Assembly: GCA_050259635.1 (NCBI GenBank)
Contig: JBLNBA010000004.1
Span: forward strand, 267,005 to 331,004
Direction: 5' to 3'
Length of the DNA: 64,000 bases
Origin: Bacillota bacterium
GTDB taxonomy: Bacteria; Patescibacteriota; Patescibacteriia; Patescibacteriales; UBA12465
Positions within the stretch are counted from its first letter, which is position 1. Each line of letters starts with the position of its first letter. Positions 45,790 through 52,389 of the stretch are shown here, in pieces. A program made the position numbers and the translations under genes. A model generated the notes under the pieces. It was not told the origin of the DNA, searched no databases, and saw nothing but the letters and a program-made list of their open reading frames with translations.

Positions 45790-46332
45790 TTAATCGGCTA
45801 AACGGGCGGCGGCATTCTTCCCGTGCTCCAAATCTATCGACCGGGGCTTGATTTTTTTCTCCGCCTTCTTGTGCGGATGGCGCCGGCGAAACATTTCCGC
45901 ATAAGCTTCCGCCCTTTGCCTACCGCTCACCTGGTTTTCTGCTTCTTTGTATTTCAAATATAATCTGGCCCTTCCTTGGTATTCCTCCGCATCATTCAGG
46001 TCCGGCCTCACTAGGATGTAGTAAAGGCGAAGACGCTCCGGTTGTTCCGCCGCCTCCTGATATTCCCGCCTGATCTCCTCCAGCCTCTGAGAATACTCCT
46101 CGATGAGCGGCTTGAACTCCTCAAAATCCTCCGGCTTAGGATCGACGCTTTGGAGAAGAGCGATCATCCTCTCCCTTCTCTCCTGATCCCTCCGTTCCTG
46201 TTCCTGATTGATTTCTATTTTCCTGACAGACTGCCTGTCTCCCTCTTCATCGACAACATCTTCGTCTTCTTTCTTTTCCGGCTCCCTGGGCTGATCGAAG
46301 ACATGCAGGAAATCCAGTTGTTTCTCAGACAT
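45790..46332 (-). CDS. Hypothetical highly charged (E/R/K-rich) protein
   Basis: 180 aa with no TM and no recognisable motif. It is packed tightly between the Nudix gene and ileS. Confidence 0.5.
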   Translation of the reverse strand: MSEKQLDFLHVFDQPREPEKKEDEDVVDEEGDRQSVRKIEINQEQERRDQERRERMIALLQSVDPKPEDFEEFKPLIEEYSQRLEEIRREYQEAAEQPERLRLYYILVRPDLNDAEEYQGRARLYLKYKEAENQVSGRQRAEAYAEMFRRRHPHKKAEKKIKPRSIDLEHGKNAAARLAD

Positions 46333-46347
46333 ATAGTTATGATGGAA

Positions 46348-46815
46348 TTATATACCAGGCTTGATATCTTTAAGGTCGTTATGGAGGTTCTGGAAATCCT
46401 TAACGCCTTGGAGCCACCCGCCGCTGAACTTGGTCTCAGGCTGGAAGCCAGCAAGGGAAACCCATTCGTAATTTTCATGGTTCTCTCCCAGCTTTATCTC
46501 TCCTCCTTCATAACTGGCGTCATATCCGATGGCAAAAATCCGCCGCTTCTCGCGTTCTCCGGTCGGAAGCAACTCGTTGCGCTCATGGCGCATATACACC
46601 CTGGGACTACCGAGAGTATATGCTAGCTCCTCTCCGAGCTCTTCCCTGATCTTCCTCTCAACCACCTGCTCAAGAGGAGTATAAAAATCCTGCTCACGCA
46701 AACGGCCGCCGGGAATATCCCAATCGCCGAACCTATCCTCGGTAATTAAAAAATTACCTTTCCCATCCAGGAGAAAAACTTTCACCGCTACAAAAAATGT
46801 ATCCTTATTTTCCAT
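46348..46815 (-). CDS. Nudix hydrolase
   Basis: Nudix box GGRLREQDFYTPLEQVVERKIREELGEE. Start moved to ATG 46815 (MENKDTFFVAVK...) to limit the overlap with secA to 11 nt. Confidence 0.8.
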   Translation of the reverse strand: MENKDTFFVAVKVFLLDGKGNFLITEDRFGDWDIPGGRLREQDFYTPLEQVVERKIREELGEELAYTLGSPRVYMRHERNELLPTGEREKRRIFAIGYDASYEGGEIKLGENHENYEWVSLAGFQPETKFSGGWLQGVKDFQNLHNDLKDIKPGI

Positions 46816-49546
46816 GGCACTTCTTATATTTCTTCCCACTGCCGCAAGGGCAAGGATCGTTCCTGCCCACAACCTTTCCGCTCTCATCCTTGGCTTTTTC
46901 TCGAACGAGGTCAAAGTTGTCCCGCTTAGCGCTCAGCTTTTCCATTTCTTTCGGCGCGCCCTCCAGTCTGAGATTTTTTGGCTGCTCGCTTTCACCCAAC
47001 TTTAATAAAGCGGAAGGAGCCATTTGCAGGGCATCTCCGGTTTTATAGATGGAATAGGCGAGTTGCTGGCGGATGAGATCCAAGAGTTCGTGGTACATGC
47101 GATACGCCTCTTTCTTGTATTCCACCAAGGGATCATGCTGCCCATAGCCGCGCAAACCGATGCCTCGGCGCATATAATCCATGGTCTCAAGATGCTCAAC
47201 CCAAGTTTGGTCAATCGAACGGAGCAGCATTCCCTTGGCTACTTCACGGAAATCTACGCCGGCTTCCCGGAATTTTCCTTCTAACCGGTCATAGGCGGCA
47301 TTCGCCTGCGATTCCAAGTATGCAACCAAGGTTTTCCTTCCTTCCTCTCCGCCTTCTCCGGCCTTTGCTTTCAAGTTTTCAAGGCTTTCATCCTGGGAAT
47401 ACAAGGATTTCATCGTCTCGGCGATTTCCTGCAGATTCCAATCTTCCGTCTTATCAGCCGCCGTATGGAAAGAGGCGACCTTCGCTATCTCTTCATTAAT
47501 GAGCGCCATCGCCATTACTTTAAGGCGCTCGACAGCGGTTGGTTCTCCCTCCTTCGACTCCGCTTCGGCCGCCTCAAGGATCTCGCGGCGGCGGCGATAG
47601 ATCGACTCGCGATGCTTGTTGATCACGTCATCATATTCCACTAAGTGCTTTCTCAAGTCAAAATTATTCCCTTCCACCTTCTTTTGAGCGGATTCCAGGG
47701 ATTTAGATATGAGGCTGTTTTCGATCGGGACATCCGCCGGTAATTTCAGGGTATTCATCATCTTCTTCATCCTATCTCCTCCAAAAATCCTCATCAGGTC
47801 ATCCTCGGTTGAAACATAGAATTGGGAAGAACCGGGGTCGCCTTGGCGCCCAGCGCGTCCTCTAAGCTGGTTATCTATGCGCCTGGATTCATGGCGCTCG
47901 GTACCGATGACGTGCAAGCCGCCAAGCACACGGACTTTTTCCTGTTCCTCTTTGGCTGCCTTTACCGCTTCGGCATCATCGCCGGAGGGATTGCCGCCAA
48001 GGATGATATCGACGCCGCGTCCGGCCATGTTAGTGGCCAAGGTTATACCGCCCAATTTTCCGGCCTGGGCGATAATCTCCGCTTCTTTCTGATGGTTCTT
48101 GGCATTAAGCATCTGCGGCCTCAGGCCTTCCCTTTCCATCATCCCAGCCAAGATTTCGTTCTTCTCGATGGATATGGTGCCGATGAGGATCGGCTGTCCT
48201 TCTGCGTTCCTAGCCTTCACTTCCTTGATTACCGCCTTGAACTTGTCTTCTTCGGTGCGATAGATAAGGTCATTCAAGTCCTTGCGGATATTGGGTCGGT
48301 TAGTGGGAATAACGACGGTTTCTAACTCGTAAATCTTATGGAACTCTTCCGCCTCGGTAAGGGCAGTACCGGTCATGCCGGCCAGCTTCTTATACATGCG
48401 GAAAAGATTTTGGAAAGTGATGGTGGCCATTGTCTGCGACTCTTTCTGTACTTTCACCCCTTCCTTGGCTTCTATCGCCTGATGCAGACCCTCGCTATAG
48501 CGGCGGCCCTGCATGAGACGTCCGGTAAACTCGTCGACAATGATGATCTCATCGTCTTTGACCACATAGTCTTTATCCCGCTTGAAAAGCACCATCGCCT
48601 TTAAGGCCTGTTCCAAATGATGGACGTCTTTGACGCCGCCGGCGACATAGATATTACCCACCCCCAACCATTCTTCAATCTTGTTGATACCGGCCTCGGT
48701 AAGCGTAGCCGCTTTCATCTTCTCATCGATATTGTAATCTTCATTTTCAGTAAGCCTCTGGACCAGCTGTGAGAACTTCTGATATTTGTCGGTTGATTCC
48801 TCCGCCGGCGCGCTGATAATGAGCGGAGTCCTGGCTTCGTCGATCAAGATCGAGTCTATTTCATCGACAATAGCGTAGTGCAGCTCCCGCTGGACGGTCT
48901 GAGATAAGGAATAAGCCATGTTATCCCTCAAGTAATCGAAGCCGAATTCATTATTAGTACCGTAAGTAATGTCACAACGATAGGCATCGCGCCGCGAAAT
49001 GGGGCGGAAGTGGCGCAAGCGCTCATCATACTGGTTCTCGTCGCTATATGCCGGATCATATTGGAAAGCCGCATCATGGACAATAACGCTAGTAGTGAGG
49101 CCAAGGGCATGATATAAGGGGGCCATCCAGCCGGCACCAACCCGGGCCAGGTAGTCATTTACAGTCACCAGATGAGCCCCTTTGCCTTCCAAAGCGTTGA
49201 GGTATAACGGCAAGGTAGCGACTAAGGTCTTTCCTTCACCGGTCTTCATTTCGGCAATCTGCCCGCGATGCAAGACGATGCCGCCAATGAGCTGGACATC
49301 ATAATGCCTTTGTCCGAGCAATCGGCGAGAAACCTCCCTCATGGTTGCGAAAGCCTCGGGCAGGATGTCATCAATAGCCTCTCCCTTCCCTAATCTTTCC
49401 TTGAAACCAGCGGATTTCGCCTTTAGTTCATCCAAAGATAAGGCCTCGAAAGAAGGCTCTAAGGCATTGATTTCCTCAACTGTTTTTCTGATTTCCTTGA
49501 TGATCTTCTCGTTCGGATCTCCCAAGATTCTTGTAAATAGATTCAT
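46805..49546 (-). CDS. secA: Preprotein translocase ATPase SecA
   Basis: 913 aa. MKTGEGKTL Walker A, DEVD-like box, and the C-terminal zinc motif CPCGSGKKYKKCHG. Confidence 0.98.
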   Translation of the reverse strand: MNLFTRILGDPNEKIIKEIRKTVEEINALEPSFEALSLDELKAKSAGFKERLGKGEAIDDILPEAFATMREVSRRLLGQRHYDVQLIGGIVLHRGQIAEMKTGEGKTLVATLPLYLNALEGKGAHLVTVNDYLARVGAGWMAPLYHALGLTTSVIVHDAAFQYDPAYSDENQYDERLRHFRPISRRDAYRCDITYGTNNEFGFDYLRDNMAYSLSQTVQRELHYAIVDEIDSILIDEARTPLIISAPAEESTDKYQKFSQLVQRLTENEDYNIDEKMKAATLTEAGINKIEEWLGVGNIYVAGGVKDVHHLEQALKAMVLFKRDKDYVVKDDEIIIVDEFTGRLMQGRRYSEGLHQAIEAKEGVKVQKESQTMATITFQNLFRMYKKLAGMTGTALTEAEEFHKIYELETVVIPTNRPNIRKDLNDLIYRTEEDKFKAVIKEVKARNAEGQPILIGTISIEKNEILAGMMEREGLRPQMLNAKNHQKEAEIIAQAGKLGGITLATNMAGRGVDIILGGNPSGDDAEAVKAAKEEQEKVRVLGGLHVIGTERHESRRIDNQLRGRAGRQGDPGSSQFYVSTEDDLMRIFGGDRMKKMMNTLKLPADVPIENSLISKSLESAQKKVEGNNFDLRKHLVEYDDVINKHRESIYRRRREILEAAEAESKEGEPTAVERLKVMAMALINEEIAKVASFHTAADKTEDWNLQEIAETMKSLYSQDESLENLKAKAGEGGEEGRKTLVAYLESQANAAYDRLEGKFREAGVDFREVAKGMLLRSIDQTWVEHLETMDYMRRGIGLRGYGQHDPLVEYKKEAYRMYHELLDLIRQQLAYSIYKTGDALQMAPSALLKLGESEQPKNLRLEGAPKEMEKLSAKRDNFDLVREKAKDESGKVVGRNDPCPCGSGKKYKKCHGK

Positions 49547-49708
49547 ATAATTTAATACGCGCGTAAGTCAAAAAATAACGCTGAAATGCGCTGTTTTCAG
49601 TATAATATGCTTTAGTATTTAAATAAATATTGACTTATAAGACATATCGTGGTAAACAATTTAGGTCGCAAAGTACATTCAAACACAGTATTAACAAATA
49701 TCAAAGAA

Positions 49709-50002
49709 ATGGAAAATTTCCTCAACTCTATTTGGCCCTATGCGTTCATGATCGCTTTTAGCATCCTGGAAGGCTGGGCCTTGGGTTACATATTCGCCAT
49801 ATGGGCAAGGTTTTATAAATGGCTATACGCCTTTGTGTTCTTAATGGCGCAGGTAATCGTTATTGTCGTGCTTCACTCGATCTGGGAGGCAAATCTCTAT
49901 ATCCTATTTACGCTTGGAATCCTTTCCCTGGCAGTCCTATCCGCCTTGGCTTTCAAAAGCATTATAGATGAACTTAAAAGCTTCAGGCCATGGAAATACT
50001 AG
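49709..50002 (+). CDS. Hypothetical small membrane protein (3 TM)
   Basis: 97 aa from ATG 49709 (the track starts at GTG 49649). Three hydrophobic segments and a charged C-terminus (DELKSFRPWKY). Confidence 0.45.
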   Translation: MENFLNSIWPYAFMIAFSILEGWALGYIFAIWARFYKWLYAFVFLMAQVIVIVVLHSIWEANLYILFTLGILSLAVLSALAFKSIIDELKSFRPWKY

Positions 50003-50253
50003 CCTACACCGCCATCGCCATCATTGGCTTCTTTATCGGATTATTCCTATCAAAGCTGGTAATGTCCGATAGGAGGACGAATAAAGCTTTATGGCTGCTT
50101 CTCTGCATAATTGCTCTCTTCGGCAGTATCTATGTGGGTTTCTACCTCCAGGTTATAACCTTAGCCTTCTGGGCCTGTGGAATTATCCCTTTCATGATAG
50201 GACTACTACTTCCAGTTATAAGAAAAGAAGAACAAAGCAAAAGCAAATCGTAA
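49990..50253 (+). CDS. Hypothetical small membrane protein (3 TM, charged C-terminal tail)
   Basis: 87 aa. It overlaps the previous gene by 13 nt. The tail is RKEEQSKSKS, and its stop codon lies inside copy A of the 43-bp repeat. Confidence 0.45.
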   Translation: MEILAYTAIAIIGFFIGLFLSKLVMSDRRTNKALWLLLCIIALFGSIYVGFYLQVITLAFWACGIIPFMIGLLLPVIRKEEQSKSKS

Positions 50254-50291
50254 AAACAAAACCGCCCCGGCTAACCAGGGCGGCTTTTTTA
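50249..50291. repeat. 43-bp direct repeat, copy A (contains a bidirectional intrinsic terminator)
   Basis: cgtaaaaacaaaaccgccccggctaaccagggcggctttttta, identical base for base to 51319-51361. Hairpin ccgccc(c)gg-ctaa-cc(a)gggcgg followed by tttttt. Confidence 0.95.
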
Positions 50292-50305
50292 TCCAGTGAA
50301 TCCTA

Positions 50306-50334
50306 TTGACAAAATTTAATAAAATAGCTATATT
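50306..50334 (+). promoter_or_regulatory. Candidate sigma70-type promoter of the cassette gene
   Basis: TTGACA (50306-11), 17 nt, TATATT (50329-34), 15 nt after repeat copy A. Confidence 0.6.
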
Positions 50335-50363
50335 TATTAGTTATACTTGTTCCTTCACAAAAA

Positions 50364-50420
50364 GATTAAGTTAATGATTAAGCTGACTAATAGCTAGCCA
50401 TCTTAACAGTTAACTTAATC
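50364..50420 (+). promoter_or_regulatory. Long imperfect hairpin in the 5' UTR of the cassette gene
   Basis: gattaagttaa (50364-74) is the perfect reverse complement of ttaacttaatc (50410-20). There is an inner 5-bp ttaag/cttaa helix across a 3x3 internal loop. The structure ends 21 nt before the ATG. Confidence 0.6.
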
Positions 50421-50441
50421 CAAACCCAAAACAATCAAAAA

Positions 50442-51305
50442 ATGAGAGGAATCATCCTTTTGATGTCCCTGTCTTTGAGTATTAATTTGCTTGGACAGGA
50501 CAGCACCATTAAGATCACTAAGAAAGAGATCGGCACGTATATATGTGCGGGTTATCTCCAAGACCGAGGCGGTGACGGCTACTACACATATTCGGAATTG
50601 AGCGGCCGTTTGGTAAAGCAGAACCATCTGATTGGAGCCTTTGTCGGTGTCGCTAATGTAGGTTGTGAATTCAACCGATACGTTTACAAGGACCTAGAGT
50701 TCTTCCTTGGATTCAATTTCACCCGTTGGGGCAAGTTCAATGATGCTTATTCTTATACCTTTTCTATCAGCCCGTCATTCAAGCACTTTTCCGACTACGG
50801 GAAAGATAAGGGCGGAAGCGGAGATGAAGTCTGGCAAAGAGACTGGGGCAACCAAGTTTATGCTTCATTAAACATCTCTGATGCCAAGAACCGCCCTTTC
50901 AGGAACTGCAAGCTGAGCTTGCAATACCAGACAGCATTCTGGTCTGAACGAGAGGGCACGAATATCCAAGAAGGATTCATTACAGACCGGGTTAATGTGA
51001 CAGCGGTAAATAGGAGTTTTTTCAAAACCCAATTAGAAACAGCGGTCAGGAAAGTCAACTTTGGCGACGCCGCCAAGATTGAGCCAAAACTCGTTTTTGG
51101 ATATCTATGGGATATCGGCAGCAGCAAAAGCATGTATGAAACAGGTGCTGGCTTCGGCATCTCTTTCACCAAGGAAGGGCGCTATTATGAAGCCTTCAAC
51201 CTTCAGTACCGGCTAAGAGTGGACAAAGCATTCATGATAAAGAACCACCTCGATGTTATCGAAGTTGGATTAGATCCTCAAAACTTAGTGAAATTGCTTT
51301 TCTAG
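50442..51305 (+). CDS. Secreted beta-strand-rich protein resembling an outer-membrane beta-barrel (function unknown)
   Basis: 287 aa. Signal-peptide-like MRGIILLMSLSLSINLLGQ, about 10 amphipathic alternating stretches (YSYTFSISPSF, KLSLQYQTAF, GAGFGISFT, YEAFNLQYRLRV) and a C-terminal ...LVKLLF. Confidence 0.6.
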   Translation: MRGIILLMSLSLSINLLGQDSTIKITKKEIGTYICAGYLQDRGGDGYYTYSELSGRLVKQNHLIGAFVGVANVGCEFNRYVYKDLEFFLGFNFTRWGKFNDAYSYTFSISPSFKHFSDYGKDKGGSGDEVWQRDWGNQVYASLNISDAKNRPFRNCKLSLQYQTAFWSEREGTNIQEGFITDRVNVTAVNRSFFKTQLETAVRKVNFGDAAKIEPKLVFGYLWDIGSSKSMYETGAGFGISFTKEGRYYEAFNLQYRLRVDKAFMIKNHLDVIEVGLDPQNLVKLLF

Positions 51306-51318
51306 CCAATCGCACCTC

Positions 51319-51361
51319 CGTAAAAACAAAACCGCCCCGGCTAACCAGGGCGGCTTTTTTA
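51319..51361. repeat. 43-bp direct repeat, copy B (bidirectional terminator shared with nrdB)
   Basis: Identical to 50249-50291. It lies 14 nt after the cassette gene stop and 27 nt after the nrdB stop on the other strand. Confidence 0.95.
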
Positions 51362-51388
51362 AACAGAAATATTGTCCTTACCTTCTTG

Positions 51389-52378
51389 TTATTTGTGGGC
51401 GCGGTTATCAACTTCATAGCTGGTATTCTGGGTCTCGAAGAAGTTAACCAGCTGCAAGGTGTCCGTTTCCGTCGCCATCCATTGCGCCGGATTGCTCTCA
51501 TTATAGTGCGGTTTAAAACCGAGCTCCTCTAAGCGGCGGTCGGCGACATAGCGGACATACTTGTTCACATAATCGGCGTTCAAGCCAAGTATACCTCTGG
51601 GGAACATATCGTTATTGTAGGAGACTTCCATTTCCACCGCTTCTACCACCATCTTCTTTATCTCTTCAGCGAAATCCGGAGTAGCCAGCTCAGGATTTTC
51701 TTCAAGAATGGTGAGAATGAGGTTGATGCCGAATTTCAGATGCAGGCTCTCATCCCTCACCACCCAGTCGATCATCGAGGCAAAATTCTTCAATTGAGAT
51801 TTTTGTCGGAATGATAAGGCCACCATGAAGCCGCTATAGAACCAGATGCCTTCCATGACGATGTTGTAGGCGATGAGGTTGCGGACGAAATCCTTCTTCC
51901 CTTCGAAAGAATCAATATCCAGACTTTCGGTCATCCTCTGGGTGTACTTCGTTATGTAATCCTCCTTGGCCCGGATAGATTCCGTGCCGCGATGCCGCTG
52001 GAATATCTCTTCCCTGTCCAGAGGGAAGGTCTCCAGCACGTATTCAAAAGCCGTGGAATGGTTCGCCTCTTCCCACATCTGCTTGGCGAGATATAGGTGG
52101 GCCTCAGGAGCCTTGAGATATGGATATACGCCCAGGGCTAGCGAGCGATTTACAATGAGCTCGGCCGGGTTGAAAAAGCTCATGAGGAAAGAAACGGCAT
52201 GACGCTCGTCTGCGCTCATTTTCTTGAAATCCTCCAAGTCTTCCCCGAGCGCTATCTCGTGCGGAAACCAAGTATTGGCGATTGCCTGGTTGTACAGGTC
52301 GTATGCCCATTGGTACCTGATGGGCCTAAGTTGCATATCTTCGTTCAAAGGTCTTCCTAGTATCATATTATTAATCAA
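51389..52378 (-). CDS. nrdB: Ribonucleotide reductase small subunit R2 with class Ic-type substitutions
   Basis: 329 aa. Metal-ligand contexts PAE73LIVNRS, WEE104ANH107STAF111, MEGIWFYSGF and RDESLH. Phe sits at the radical-Tyr position. Confidence 0.93.
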   Translation of the reverse strand: MINNMILGRPLNEDMQLRPIRYQWAYDLYNQAIANTWFPHEIALGEDLEDFKKMSADERHAVSFLMSFFNPAELIVNRSLALGVYPYLKAPEAHLYLAKQMWEEANHSTAFEYVLETFPLDREEIFQRHRGTESIRAKEDYITKYTQRMTESLDIDSFEGKKDFVRNLIAYNIVMEGIWFYSGFMVALSFRQKSQLKNFASMIDWVVRDESLHLKFGINLILTILEENPELATPDFAEEIKKMVVEAVEMEVSYNNDMFPRGILGLNADYVNKYVRYVADRRLEELGFKPHYNESNPAQWMATETDTLQLVNFFETQNTSYEVDNRAHK

Positions 52379-52389
52379 TAATTTATAAA

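Noticed and set aside
50249-51361. Interpreting the 43-bp repeats as integron attC sites (a CALIN-like cassette).
   Set aside because: I could not find the R''/R' core pairs (RYYYAAC ... GTTRRRY) in the required positions. GTTAGCC occurs only in the loop and mismatches the consensus. The element looks like an ordinary terminator, and no integron integrase is in the window. The possibility stays open inside the main finding.
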